A stretch of 63,855 nt of DNA, filler included, from Rhabdomonas costata (GCA_019059605.1; 38 parts of 38 records of this genome joined end to end with filler, not necessarily neighbours in it), one strand, 5' to 3'. Counted from the whole stretch's first letter, positions 36,714 to 50,903 are shown. The notes: generated by a model not told the origin, from the sequence alone. Made by a program: numbers and translations.

Positions 36714-39105
36714 CCTGAGAGGTTCCGGAAGGGAAAAGGTGGATCCATAAAGACAGAAACGGGGGGTTTCGGTTTCCTCCCAGTTATTGGAGTCGGCAAG
36801 CTAAAGGGTGGCCCAAGTATTCTTCCTTTATGTGCCGTTCTTTCTCTCATCGGAAACGATCCTCTTAAGGCACCGGTTATACTCCGGCTGTCCACCCAAC
36901 CCCCTCTACCACCGCTATCCCCCACCACCCNNNNNNNNNNNNNNNNNNNNNNNNNNNNNNNNNNNNNNNNNNNNTTAATTAATTAANNNNNNNNNNNNNN
37001 NNNNNNNNNNNNNNNNNNNNNNNNNNNNNNGGTGTTGTGGCCGTTCGTGGTACGTGGCTTCGACTCCATCCTGTTGGCTGCATCTGTTGGACCATCTGGT
37101 GGACCGTTTGGGCATCCCATTCCTTGATCTGCTGTCCGTAGTAGGGCATTACAGTGCGGCTAGGGGGATCGGTGCAGGCTCTGTGCTCAAACCCTGGTTC
37201 ATGCCTTGGCTTCCCCGTTTACGTGCGTAACCATTCTAGTATAGGGTACCTGTGTAGTGTTGTGCTACAGAGTGTGTCGTGTAGTAGGGTGGGTTGACAT
37301 CATAGCGTAGGGCATGTTGGCATCTACACTCCAGGCTAGACGTGTGGTGTGGTAGTGTGGTGTGTGTCACCATGGCTATTTTTTGGTGGTGTGGCAGCAA
37401 CCGGACCGCTTGGCATCACCGTTACCCCGTTGTGTGTAAGGCCAGGTTGTTGGGTTGGTGTCGAGGTGTCGGTGTCTGCGGCTGGGACGGTGACGGTGAC
37501 TCTGACGCTTGGGGTGGTTGGTGGAGGGTACGTTCAGTCATCCAGTTTTTGGGATGGGGGTGCGGTGGTACGGCAGATAAGGAAAGGGCCGACCTTGGAC
37601 AGCAGTGCGGTGGTTTGCAGACGCTCGTTCAGCAGCAGCATCCGCTCTGCCTGCTCCATGGCCACACCCCAGCAACTCAATGAGCACATCCTCACTCGAT
37701 CTCCAACAACTCCTGGTTGATGATGAAAAGCATTGAAGCCCACGATGACAACTCATTCACAACTCAGCTCCTTCTCGAGCTCGCTCAGTGTTTATGGCCA
37801 CACGGGTCCGCAAGCGAGGAGTGGGCCGCTGTGCATTGTTCTTCATGTTTTCAGCTGTGTGTCTAATGAGCTGGAAGCACTTGGCATTGCAATGAACAAG
37901 AGCAGATCACTGCGCACTGCACCTTTGAGCAAAATTATTTGCTGACGCTCATCCGTGTGCACTCGAAACATCGAAATGTGCAGCCAGTGAAAGGCAGCGT
38001 GCATGCTCTTTATCCCACCCCCACAGCAATGCGAAGGCCGAAAGTTTCCAAAAAAAAAAATTCCAAAAATGACCACACACCCCATTTACACCCATACATA
38101 CCCACAAAAAAGTCTCCAGCGTGAATAGCGATCCGCACGGACGCTGGGTCCACCCAGGTTTGTCGAAAAGACTTCGCGGCCTGTGCGAAAAAGAGAGGAA
38201 CTCACCGCGATAATAATCTCTCTGTGATACTTTAAAATAAACTGCAGAGGAGGGCTAAGCCGAAGTAGGACTGAAGTCTTTTTTGTACGGACAGCAGGCC
38301 TCCGAAACGCTGAGTGTCCGGTCCTTGGGGTCAGTGGTCTCCTGACAATTTACCCTCGGCCGATCCTAATGCCCCCCTTTCTGATACTCAGAAAGTCAAC
38401 AAATTTCTGACGGGTGAGCAAGGGGAGCACAGCTTCGCCTCAAATTCAGCCTCCCGACCCCCCCCCTCCCCGGAATTTTTGTAGTCATGCGCTCCAAAAG
38501 GTACACACAAGGGGTTTTTTCTGGCGGCCGAGCCTAACAACATAGTTTTGAAGCTTCTTGCTTAACGTCGTTAAAACGTTTAACACCCGCCCCCCTCCCC
38601 AAAAAAACNNNNNNNNNNNNNNNNNNNNNNNNNNNNNNNNNNNNNNNNNNNNTTAATTAATTAANNNNNNNNNNNNNNNNNNNNNNNNNNNNNNNNNNNN
38701 NNNNNNNNGGGGGGTGGGGGCGGGGATGCCGAAAGACCATTCATCCCTCCCATGCTGGGTTCTCCGTATCCGCAAAAACGAAAAGCCACTTTCATCGTAG
38801 TTCTATCGTTGTTCAATCATAGTAGAGAAAGACCCTCATGTATGTTTGCTTGCATTTGTGTAACTTTGTACATGTTAAGCCTCTGTTGAGGGTCGATGCA
38901 CCTTACTCCAAATACGCAAAAATGAAGGTTACACAATCAAGTGTCCAGACTCGGCAGCGACGGCTCAATCAGCGTATTCGTGAGACGTGCTCTCACAGAG
39001 TAAAGGCATAGACGCAAAGAAAATCACGATTAATTTGCTCTGCCCTTTTCCATCAAAGATCTAACTCCACTACGCTGCCCTGGCTGGGCGCCACGAAGAG
39101 TAGAC

Positions 39106-39186
39106 CTGTGGAAGAAGCTGGGCTTGAGAAGGTACATGAAACCGTGGGCGATGTTGTCGAGCTCCAGGACTTTGACAACGACGGCT
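39106..39186 (-). CDS. Isolated exon, possibly the catalytic-His region of an alpha/beta hydrolase
   Basis: cag|...|gtctac boundaries and C-ending codons; AVVVKVLELDNIAHGFMYLLKPSFFH contains an HGF motif. Confidence 0.45.
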
Positions 39187-42100
39187 CTGCGGTAAATTAC
39201 CCAACACCAAATTCGAGGAGAGAGGAGAAATGCGACGCGAAGCTGGCAAGCAGGTGAAGGAGTCTCGAATGAAAGATTATTTACCCACCCAAACTGGTCG
39301 CGACGCGCCTTTTCAATGTCAAATAGCGCTTGGTCATATTTCTAAAAAAGAGCTGGTGACAGACGAGACCCTTTCCCATGAATTGAACTGCTTGTTCTCC
39401 GTTCTTTTTGCTGAAACGGAATGCAGCCCTGTTGGGAACATTATCTGGCAGATTTGGGCGGTACAAACTACTGTCAAATGCGAAACCACTTTTGCAAGCG
39501 AACGGTTAACGGCAAATTTACATAGGGACGCAGTGTACGACTCCGACTCCCAGAACGTTTTTTTGGGTGGGGGATTCTGCAATCACAGTCAATTTGGCTT
39601 ACTCAGAGAGGTCCCCTGAGCAAAAGCGATATGACTACCCACATTGAAGTCAAAATAGAGCTCCAAATGTAACTCCAAATATAGTTGTGGGCAAAAATAC
39701 GTGGAGAAATAACATTGCCTGTTTCACCTCGAAACTGACAGGTTGAAAATCGCCCCCCCCCCCCAAAAAAAAACACATTTCGGACAGAGGTTTGCAGGGG
39801 GGGGATTTTTTCGTCTTTCACAGATGTTATCGTAATGAAAAGCATTTGTGGCTGTTGTTGTGAAATTGAATGGGTGCATGGATACAGTTTTTATCCCCGA
39901 AAAGCACCTTCCAAAAATTGTCACGTTTTGCTGCCAGTCGTTGCTTTACGGCAATTGAAGAAAACTGATAATTTTGATGTGCTTCTTTACTCAGAATTTC
40001 GGCTGTTAAGTGTTTGTTTGGGAAACTCTAACTTTTGAGATGAAACGGGCCATACTATTATCCGAACAGGAGAACACCACATTCTTTTTGCTAACCACCG
40101 CTCATTCTGTTCTCGCTTGCCCTTCGAAAAAGGATGGACTGTTCAAAAAGGGATACAAGAATAAATATAGGAAAAGCAGAAAATCAATCCCCAAACGATA
40201 GAATATTCGCCACCGCGTGCGCACGATGTTTCAGAGTTTTGAGATATAAGGGAATTTATCATCAGTGGGAACTAAAAATCCACCACACACCCNNNNNNNN
40301 NNNNNNNNNNNNNNNNNNNNNNNNNNNNNNNNNNNNTTAATTAATTAANNNNNNNNNNNNNNNNNNNNNNNNNNNNNNNNNNNNNNNNNNNNGGTGGGGG
40401 GTCTGTGGGGTGCGGATGACCCAGATGACTCTGACCCTTTCTTTTGCTTGTTGGGGTGCATCAAGGACGGCTGTTTCAAGTGAGGTTCACAGTCCTTCTT
40501 CTATCCTGTGTGTCGAATAAGTTTACCTATGCCTATTATTATTATGCGCCAGTGCACTTGTGCTTAGATTACACTAAGTATTATGTGCACAGTAGCCTGT
40601 TGGTGGTGGTGTTCAAACAGCGGTGTTGTTAAGTGCATCATATCATATTTGTAACAAACGTGTAAGACCGTGATGTTTTGGTCATGGCCGTTGTGTTGCA
40701 GATGTCCTAGCACAACCATGTAACATTGCTAAGTCTACGAACTAACGTGTCATAGTCTCATATTAGACAAGGTCACGTTGGCGCTATTACAACACGTGTA
40801 GAGTTCATCCAGCCACAACCACACTTGTAGTGTCACAGTAATGGCATGCACTTTTGTATGCCTCATGCTATGGTTGACGCTGTGTTAAATGGTCGTAGAA
40901 TCATTAGGCATGCTATGGCGGTTGTGTGAAAATTACGTAACACATAACGTGTGTAGCGTTGTTGTTGCATCCAAATTGGAGGTGGCGTTGACATTTGGTC
41001 TATGTAATATTAGGCCGTATTGTGTACTTAACGACACAGAAAAACTCCCACAACCTCAGAAATCAGCTATATACAACACCACGACGCACAATCAAATACA
41101 ACAAAACGCTTTCACTCAAAGCGTACACACAGTACTATCAATTAAGAGAAAGGCCGGTAGTTATTTCTGCATATTAGGAGCTGTCGTTCCAGACATGTTA
41201 TGTTACCAAGTTGGGTTTTGGTTTATTCTTGCAGCATCCTGACGTGCATTAGGAGCGCGCAGTATAAAGAACTCTGCAAAAATATAGTAAAAAAAGGCAA
41301 TAATAAAGTCACAATACTTTAAATAACAATAGAACAATAGCACCCAGTTCTCCAAAAACAATGACCAGAAAATTATGCACTGACGGTACTGCAATTATCA
41401 CGTAGTGCACAAAAACGTAGGCAAAACAAATGCAAAGGATTTTGCAGATGAAAATAATTAAATAAAAATGTGCATGTTACTGGTAAATTAATTATGAAAT
41501 TGAGTTGAAGAATTTAATAACAAGCAAGCCAAAATGATGCGACGGTGGCTTCTCAAAGGCATGTTTTGTTTGATGCTAACACGTCTTTCTCATGCACATG
41601 AAATGTGTACTCCTCATGACAAGTCACACACATACTTAAAAGCAAATAACATTTACCACTTGACGTGTTATAGTGCATTGTATTATGTAGCAGCAGCATT
41701 TAAACTGCAGCATCACAAAGTAAACCGCAATGTGACTTGAAAGAACTGCATACTTTTGAATTAAGAAGTTATAACGTGACATGTGATTACACTTTTCACA
41801 CAAGAATTACCAAAAAAAATGCGCCGGAGATGGTTTTCGCACAACAGGTGATTAAAATGATAGGATATCATTCATTCATAGTACGCCTTTAGTGAGCACA
41901 AATTTGCAGCAAGATGCTTGCAAACACGGAAAATGAAGAACCTAAACAACATGAACCAGTCTCTGGAAAACAATANNNNNNNNNNNNNNNNNNNNNNNNN
42001 NNNNNNNNNNNNNNNNNNNTTAATTAATTAANNNNNNNNNNNNNNNNNNNNNNNNNNNNNNNNNNNNNNNNNNNNGTGGGTGGTGGTGTGTTTGGGGGGT

Positions 42101-43765
42101 GTTTGGGAGGGTGCATTTCTCAGTCGTACGCTCCCGCGGCGTGTTTTCAGGCAAATTTGTTGGCCTGTTGTTCTGTGGTCATCAGCAGCTAATGTTTCTG
42201 GAGTCAAGTCTATGGTGGGCAAGGATTTTTGTGCCTTTTAACCATGAAAATTCCTGTATTGGATGAAGAAATAGTGTGCTTCTTTTGGCGGTTCCTACAA
42301 CATGCAAAGATTGACCTGATGGGGACGCGGGCGGGAGCCAGCCAGCCAATGGGTCCAAGGGAGTCTTCATCAGACAAGCCCAAAGCACGGCAGTCTCTTC
42401 GCTAAAGGACGGATAGCGTGATTTTCTTGTGGACGTCGATCCACAAACTCTCCTGGGGATTTTGCGAACGGGCGCTGCTTCTGATCCCCGCCTCTTCTGT
42501 GCTCACTTGTGGTGTGATGCTGAGGGGGTGTTCGCACTTCCTTTGTGATCACTATGGAGGCAATTCGTGCCTTGTTCTTTTCGCTCGCGTGGCACTTCAT
42601 CGGCAAGGGCTTCTGAGCCACAGCCTGTGCACCACCCAGTGCACCACTCAGTCAGCGTTCTCCTTTGTGTTGCTACCATGGAAACACTTGCCCACGGTCA
42701 GGGGTGCCGGCAGATGCAATCACCTGCACCTCCCCCGCTCTTCGCCTCTTCTGGTTTTAGTTGCCCTGTTGATCCTTTGACCCCCTATCCTCCTTTTTCT
42801 GTTCTGCCTTTTTTCTGGTGCCCTGTCAATTATTACTTGCCCTCAGCTTTCTTTACTGTTTTAGTAACATTTCTGAGCGCATTGTTCACTAACTTTTGCG
42901 TCTGCTTCACTTCACCGCGTTTGCGCCCTTTCGACTGCACACCTGCGGTTGCGAGCTTGTTTATGTAGATATCGATATCGATAGTGCTGTGGTAGGATCT
43001 CATCATTAGCAATATATCAAAGGGTTTTTTCCGAGACTTTATTATGGTGACACGGGCCTCGGTTTTGGTGCCAGTGATCGGAGTCACACTGAGCTGGCCC
43101 GCTTCATCGATCTTCACTAACTTTTTTCTAGGAGTCTAGGTCAATAAGGAGTTGATCGGAAAACTATGTCCATCACATAGGTTTAGTTTTTGGGGGTGCC
43201 GAGGACCGGCTAAGACCCATCAGACCCATCGCGCACCAGTAGTTCCCGCCCCATTGAAAGGAGAGCTATTGCGCAGTGGTTGCCGGAGGTGCTTCTGTTT
43301 TGTCATGCATTTTGTAAATGAGTTTGCATTGGTTGCATCTTAGTGAGCATTGGGAAGCATTGGGTGCACCCTATTGTGAGGTTGGGAAATCCTCAACTGG
43401 CATGTATGCTGTGGATTTTCGGCACATTGAAGCGAAAATTTCCTTGGCTGTTGCAACATTGATCGAAAATTCCGGGTGACGTGGGTTACACAATGTATAT
43501 GTATCGTCTTTGTGCTGCTAATTGTTGAAAACAGTCATCTAGAAGCGTTGTTAGGTTAGGAAAACACGAGCGCTGTGGAGTAGAACGGCATGTTACGAAT
43601 GCTGTTATTACCGGACACCTGCTCGAAGATTCAATGCCTTCACGCCCCCACCCCCCCCNNNNNNNNNNNNNNNNNNNNNNNNNNNNNNNNNNNNNNNNNN
43701 NNTTAATTAATTAANNNNNNNNNNNNNNNNNNNNNNNNNNNNNNNNNNNNNNNNNNNNGTGTTGG

Positions 43766-43813
43766 TGTATAACTGTTAGCTGTGGTGCTCATTCCACAGC
43801 TAACAGTTATACA
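43766..43813. repeat. 20-bp perfect inverted repeat at the contig start
   Basis: tgtataactgttagctgtgg-8 nt-ccacagctaacagttataca. Confidence 0.85.
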
Positions 43814-44561
43814 TCAATCTCCTCCTCAGGCTATCCATTGCTCGATTGCTACAGCAACTATGTGAATGAATTTGAGAAGCGAGCAGGGCCCTTGAGTGAC
43901 GTCGTTCTTGCAGGAACGGCAATACAGGGACTCTGATCAGTCCCAGGGAATAGGATGCTGTAAGTGCCGCTGCGTTTTACGTCCGTCCTTACATGCCTTT
44001 TCTTGTTGGCTCCCCCATCGCGGTGACGAGCTTTTTGGCCTCGTTACGCCGGTGTGCCAGCTGCGACCTTCTGTGTAAACAAAAGCCGATGCGGCGCACA
44101 AATATATGAAGCAAGTAAAACCGTGGCTTACCCTCACGAAGAGGAGGCGTACCCTAGCAAATTTTTGAGCTCTTATCAACCCACTCATCCGAGTGTGTAC
44201 TTCCAATTTGCAACTCTTTTTGAACTAAAAACCTCGGTTTTACCCCTAAATTTGGGTCTTTTAGCTGGAATGAGCCGATTTGGGCACTTTTACGCTTGCT
44301 GTGCAAAGCATATGTGTCCCCCTTTCCCCATGTCATCAGGGTTGTTTCACAAAAGGCGCGCAGCCTTCCATAAAAGGCAACATTGATCCCGTGGGCTTCG
44401 AGTTGGGAAATTATTGACCCTAAAAAAGAAAAAAACTGCATTTCAAAATCGAGCTCTGTCATTTAATCATAGAACTAACTAACCGTTGAACTTGAAGTTT
44501 CTGATATGCGGCGTGGCCTGCTAAATGATCTAAGATCTTTGTATACTGGTGAGGTTAAAGT

Positions 44562-44621
44562 GCCATTCTTACTTCTGCCATTCTTATTTCTGCCATTCTT
44601 ACTTCTGTCATTCTTACTTCT
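44562..44621. repeat. 15-bp tandem repeat, 4 copies
   Basis: gccattcttacttct x4 with single substitutions. Confidence 0.9.
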
Positions 44622-46000
44622 CCTTCCATTTTCAAAAGTGCTCTTGCCGTCGAGGGCTACCTCTTCAGCGGGCAGTTCACCTGTGACAACTTCCTCCTGA
44701 ATTATCCTTCGATAGACCCCTTGGTCACCATCGGTCGGCTGCTTATGGCGACAGCTCTGTGGGCAAACCACCCCAACATGGCCATCCCGTGCAGAATTTT
44801 GCTGCAGGGAGCAACGATTCCGCTCAAGAGAGCAGTTGTTGGCTTCTTCAAGGTGTGTGCATAACGCCGCGCTGGTGTGCTGCGACGGTGCAGTGGAAGG
44901 TGGAAACTTCCCGCTTCCCAATTTGGTGGATGGTGACCAGTCTGGTTAAAACTTCAATTGAGTTTTTTTCTGTGTGTGGGTCGTGTCCGCAACCGCTGGC
45001 TATGGTTGTGGTCGTGACCGTAACGGACTGGAAGTACTTTTTGTTTTTCTTTGAAGAGGGTTTGGTCCTATTTCATTATTACGTCCTAATTACGATTTCT
45101 TTTCTGGGGGCTTCAGAGAGATTTACTTCAAAAGAAGACTGCTGGCGAAAGGACGAGCCCATTGCTTGGCTCTGATGTCGGGACTGCGTCAGTTTAGGGC
45201 CGTAGGCCAGAGCCACACACAGGAGCAGGTGAGAAATCTGCGGGACTTTGACGTGTTATTTTCTTACGCTTCAGAAGAAAAGTGTTTTCCACTGGTAACT
45301 GGTGTAGCTAGTTACCCCCACCCCCCAAACACACCCACCACNNNNNNNNNNNNNNNNNNNNNNNNNNNNNNNNNNNNNNNNNNNNTTAATTAATTAANNN
45401 NNNNNNNNNNNNNNNNNNNNNNNNNNNNNNNNNNNNNNNNNGCACGAAAGGGTTGGGAGTGGTGCAAAGAGAGGGTGACAGTCGAATAGAGAAGGACGGA
45501 GGTGAGGTGCGCTTTCTCGTGGATTTCTGAGGCCTGTCCTCAAACTGAGGAGGCCGTGGGATTGGAATCGGAATGAGGGATCACCCTTGATCTGGATGGA
45601 AAGGTGGGAGAGGGAAGGACGCGTTAAAATTGAGAAGCATGCATTTCGCCTTCCTTAGGGATTTGCATATACTCTTTAACCAGGGATCCTCACCGTTATG
45701 ACGGCGTGTCTGAAATACGTCTCGGTCTCTGTTGGTAGTTTTGGTTCTGCCATTGAAAAAGCAGCTCGTCATTTTGCTAAATAAGCCGTCGCTCATCGCT
45801 GTCGCAGACAATCGCTCGCACAATTCCGTATGGTCTAACGCTGACCCGGTCGCGTTGACGTATGAAGCCTTCCCATCCTTTCCATCTGCAGAATGGCGGC
45901 CCACCAACATCACCTCAGGGACACGATTTTCTTCTGCAAAGAGGGCACGGGCTTACAGCCAAGACCACCGCCTCCCCCAACTCTTGCTTTATTTGGAAAG

Positions 46001-46051
46001 CAGTGTACAACGTGTACACTGCTAAGTAAGTAAGTAAGTAAGTGTACAACG
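46001..46051. repeat. Hairpin plus (TAAG)5 microsatellite, probable 3' tail of a minus-strand retroelement
   Basis: cagtgtaca-acg-tgtacactg, then (taag)5. agtgtacaacg is duplicated on both sides. Confidence 0.7.
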
Positions 46052-47794
46052 ATGATTAACGGTTTTCTGTGAAACGCAGCGGCAACAGCAAGTAGACAGG
46101 TGTCCAGGCAAACCAAGACAGCATACCAGCGACACCCATGACACCCATGGCAAATCCACAGGACTGTGAGGCCAGAACAGCACTCACGACCCATTCGGAC
46201 GTGAAATGCAGCCTCCCTAGCCGCATCCCCATATCCAACAGCACCCCGCGAGGCAGAGGCGGAGAAAGCGGCACCAGTTAGTGGCGTTTGGTGGGGCATC
46301 CCCTGCTACGGCTCACTTGGAGTGATAAGATAGAACTGGGTGGCGATCCAGCAGCGACCGCGGCGGTTGTCGAGGTACCCCGCGGTATCCCACAGCACAC
46401 GGGCCAGGTTGATAACACACCGCAGCCAGCCCCCGAAGAAGCGGTGCAGCTCGGCGATTTCCTGCCGTGACACGCACTGCACCTCCGTAATGCCGTCCAG
46501 AGCCTTTGAGAGATTGCAGAGATTTGTCCCAAGAAAGAGGCCAACAACGACGCTCAAACTTCTCCTGCCAGTCCTGCCAGTTCTCCTGTCTTTCCCACCT
46601 TTTTCATGAATTCTCTGCTTGGCTTGCGAGTCACAAGATGAAAAAGATACGATGCAAGAGCGACATCAAAAAAAAACTTACACTTGACAAGTCCCAAGCT
46701 ATTTCCGATTCCAAACCACAGTCTAAATTCACTCCAACGTCATCAAGCCGGAACCACAAGCATAATCCCTTTTCCCTCCATGTGGTGAAGCTGTCACCGC
46801 CCTTTGACACCTTTTCGAACGGGAAATGCTCTAAATGCTGATCCTTGACGCTGCCCCTGATTGGGATACCTACCAAAGTTCCGCCGGACATCCATTTGTC
46901 TTTAAATAACTGGTTCCCCAGAAGTCGAAAGAAAGACATGGACCCGGAGCGGTAATACATAGAGTAAGCAAAGACATACTCGAGAACGAAACGTCAGCCC
47001 TCAGACTTGACATCCCACCACAAANNNNNNNNNNNNNNNNNNNNNNNNNNNNNNNNNNNNNNNNNNNNTTAATTAATTAANNNNNNNNNNNNNNNNNNNN
47101 NNNNNNNNNNNNNNNNNNNNNNNNGTCCATCGTGTGTGGGGTGGGTAGTTGAAGGTATGGTAAAAAACGAAAGGAATGTGACGTGAGAAGAGAAACGCCA
47201 CATCAAAAAAAACAATGAATGAATCACAGTGAAAGGCTAACGTTTTGATCAATGTCGCAGGCTCTTGTACCGCCCCTTTGCCCTCGGATCAAACAGTCTT
47301 TCATTCGGGCGGCTTCCCCGTCTCACCGCCGCCACGACGCCTCGGTCAAGGGGATCCTCCACGAGCACGCACATTGGCTAGAATTTCTCTTGTTTCTCTT
47401 GAGCACAGTCCTTGATTATATTTGACGTCTATATAGAATGCGACCAGCCCAATTGCATTTAGTACTTTTTTCATTCTTTCCCACTCTTTGCCCAGGACTA
47501 GTGGTTTCCTAGTGGTTCTGAGGTTCACGGCTCAATCCCCTCCCACAGCACTTTCCAAAGAGAACACTTTGCCAGTTTTCCGAACATAACGGGCTGAAAA
47601 AGGGTCGCGGTGAGGGAGGCTGTATTTCCGGTGGTTTCTCTCATCGGAGCCGGTTCGCAGGGAAATCGCAGCCCATCTGCTGAGATGGCTTTTTAGCAGG
47701 CGTTTCGATAAGCAGAAGCGCAAACTTCGGGTCACTGAGGAATGATCGATCGCCGTTCTACTAAATGTCCGCAGATCGATCAGAGCCCGCGGAG

Positions 47795-47842
47795 GTCAGC
47801 CTCGACGTGGTCCACTATAATAGTGGACCACGTCAGTCTGAC
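47795..47842. repeat. Near-perfect palindrome/hairpin
   Basis: gacgtggtccactat-a-atagtggaccacgtc (47804-47834), extended by gtcag/ctgac. Confidence 0.9.
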
Positions 47843-48875
47843 GCAGGGCAACCGATTGGTACAGGGCTGGCTCGGAATGAATCGCTCCTTTGACTGAAAA
47901 CCCGAACCTACAAAAGCCTACGTTGTTGTGTTGCGAAACCCGAAACGACCGAATGTCCAAAGGAAGAGCAGCAAAGTGGTACGCGGAGATTTCATCGTGG
48001 AAACCGAGCAGAGGGCAAAGAGCAAGCTGTGGGAGTGCCCTGAAGCACTTCGCTCCCTTCCCTTCTGTGGCAGTGCTGCTGGTGCATGCTGGCGAACGCC
48101 AAAGCAGAAGGGTAGAGACGGAAGCGCTTTTGATTGGTTGCTAGGCTTGACGGGTGTCGGCGCATTTGGGGAGGTGTGATGCAACGAGAGAGGACCCATA
48201 AGCGAACGAAGAAAGCAGAAGGTGTGAGAGGCGGGGTTGGTGGGCTTGACAGAAGAGTGTCTTTTGGATGGCCTTTGCATTGCGGCAACAGTGGGAGTCG
48301 AATTAACAATGGCCTTCCGTGCAAAGTTGCGGGGCACAGTGAAAACAGCTGAGGCTCTTTAAAATGGATTGGTGCAAACAGTAGAAACTTGCGAAACATC
48401 AGCGGCTCTGAAAAAGAGAATCTTTGCACAGAATCTTCTGGGGCGCACTTGGCTGTGGATTCAAAACACCTTAGTTCGAGGATCAGCCCCCTGAACACCA
48501 ATGTTACCCATCAGAAATCTCTGCTAAAAGGCGGTACAATGCCGTGGTGTGGCCGTACTTCAAGCCTAGTATCGTCGAGACATAAACTCTAACTTGCGAC
48601 TCGAGCAAAATGAGGGGTCTGTCAACCGATGCATGCGCTTGGTGACGATATAATAAAAGCACATCGGTACCGTAACTAGCCCTTCAAACAGCAAAAACAC
48701 CCCACCACNNNNNNNNNNNNNNNNNNNNNNNNNNNNNNNNNNNNNNNNNNNNTTAATTAATTAANNNNNNNNNNNNNNNNNNNNNNNNNNNNNNNNNNNN
48801 NNNNNNNNTTTTTACTACGACGCCGCCATGCGCCGAAGTGCCGGGGTGTTGTCTGATTTCCACTTCGCCAGGTTT

Positions 48876-48990
48876 CTTTTCTTTTCTTTTCTTTTCTTTT
48901 CTTTTCTTTTCTTTTCTTTTCTTTTCTTTTCTTTTCTTTTCTTTTCTTTTCTTTTCTTTTCTTTTCTTTTCTTTTCTTTTCTTTTCTTTT
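48876..48990. repeat. (CTTTT)23 microsatellite
   Basis: Uninterrupted pentamer array. Confidence 0.98.
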
Positions 48991-50903
48991 TTCAGCCACA
49001 TTGTTGTTCTATTTTGTCGTGCGCTCGTGTGTTTTCATGCTGGAGGGTTGGGCGCGCTATTCGACGTTGCACATTTACTTGATTTTTTCCAGTGCCACGG
49101 ATACAAGGCCCTATTTACAGGCGTGTTCGATCCAGTCTGGTATACTGGTCAGCTAGCCCTTTTGGACCTCTTCCAAGAGAGTCCGACATACACCGGTGTT
49201 ACGGCCTAGATCACGTAGGTCTGCCAATAGATAGAGTAGTCATGTAAGTTTGGCTAGAGAAGTGGAGCAGTTAAGAAGATAAGAGATATCACGCAATGTC
49301 ATGATATAGAGATGGAATACGCGGATACAAAAGCGGAAGGTACAAAGAGGTATAAGACAGCGGATGATATCAATAGGTGGGGGCCTCAAAGCATTGCATG
49401 GAGCAATGTTAGAGATGAGATCTTTGTCCTAGTTTGTTTTCAGAAGGATCCAGAATGAGAACAAAGGCATGCCAGCAAGACAAAGTAGCACATCAATAAC
49501 ATTGCCTCCGATCAAGTAGATCAAGCAAGCAGAATAATGAGATAGAAGAGGGAGATGAATGAAAACCAAACCGACGAAAGAGTAGTGAGCGCCAGAGAGA
49601 ATATGCCCTTCCATCTTTCTTATGTTACGGAAGTGAAGAAGGGTTGGTGTTGTTTGGTATGATTCTGCGGGTTTTGGGGACAATCCGTGGACGTTTGTGG
49701 TTTGTTGGTTGTGCCGCAGCTCTATTCTTTGAAAGCCAAAGAGGAAGGAGGTTAGAGGATATTTGGAGGTAGTATAGAATTGGAATTGCTTTGGCACTCA
49801 AACAACCCCGAGTTTGGAAAAGAGAGGCGGTGATGCAGAAGACCAAACTAGTCCCAGCAAGCGGCGGAGTCATTAGGAGAAGTGTGAAGCGCCAGGTGCG
49901 CGTGAATGCGAGGTTGTTGAGTGGAAGGATGTTTAGTTACATTCCGAGTGTTTCGTGTCGAAGCAAAGGAGTTCACGTCCCCTTCGAGGTGAGGCGATGA
50001 GCGAGTTCGGAGAGTTTGGCGAATTAAGACGGGTTGCGGAGCAAAGGTGGTTAAGTCCACTTCGGAGGAGTTTGAGAAGCGACAGAGAGGGTGTAAAGGA
50101 ATGGCAGGTTGCGACCGAGAGTCGTTGACCAAGAGTCCAAAGGCTTGGGCAGCTGCGAGTAGTGGTTGCCGCCAGGCTCTATCAGGCCCTCGGCGAAAGC
50201 GAGGCCAACCAGGGGGAAAGAAAGTCTCCTCACCTAGGTGAGTGGACAGCGCTCACAAAGCGAAAGCTTTGTCTGGAGGGACCACGGAGGGGAGAGGATT
50301 GAGTGGGCTACGCGGGGAAGTCGCAAGAGCCACGTAATTGGTCCGGGACCCGTCTTAATTAGTCAAACTCCCCCGACCTCGCGCCACCCCCCACNNNNNN
50401 NNNNNNNNNNNNNNNNNNNNNNNNNNNNNNNNNNNNNNTTAATTAATTAANNNNNNNNNNNNNNNNNNNNNNNNNNNNNNNNNNNNNNNNNNNNTTTTGG
50501 GTTCCCTCTTCCTCTGCACGTCGCACATAGGTGTGCCTATGGGGGCTTCCTAGGTGTGCATGCGTGTATGTTCGTTGCTCTTTCATTGCTTTGCGTTGGG
50601 GTGTGGGTTTGAATCGGCCGAATCGCTGAACTCTATCTGAAAAAGCATGGGCTGCTGCGCTGGGCACCACTTCACGCTCGCCTTGTAATGGGCTTGTGCC
50701 GCACCTATAAGGCCACCATCATCTCATGCATCGTGTAAGAACAAGTCCATGCAAGCTTTTTGAGCGTCAGGACACTCACACATTGCGCGTTGCGGGTGAA
50801 TGTCTCAGCTCTCCACTGAGAAGAAATATTTGCGGTTCGCTTTGGCGGAAAAATTTCGCTTCACTGCAGCTTGTGGATGTGTGTGGGTGGTGCATCGTCC
50901 CAG

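Noticed and set aside
37031-37960. Thr/Pro-rich minus-strand frame with a SAM-like IKEWDAQTV segment
   Set aside because: Many stops and no confident family, so it was left unannotated.
40393-41975. AT-rich contig possibly from an organelle, virus or contaminant
   Set aside because: No long ORF or recognisable motif; it cannot be assigned.
48753-49082. Lys-rich KEKKR and Phe-rich FSFLF ORFs
   Set aside because: They are translations of the (CTTTT)n microsatellite.
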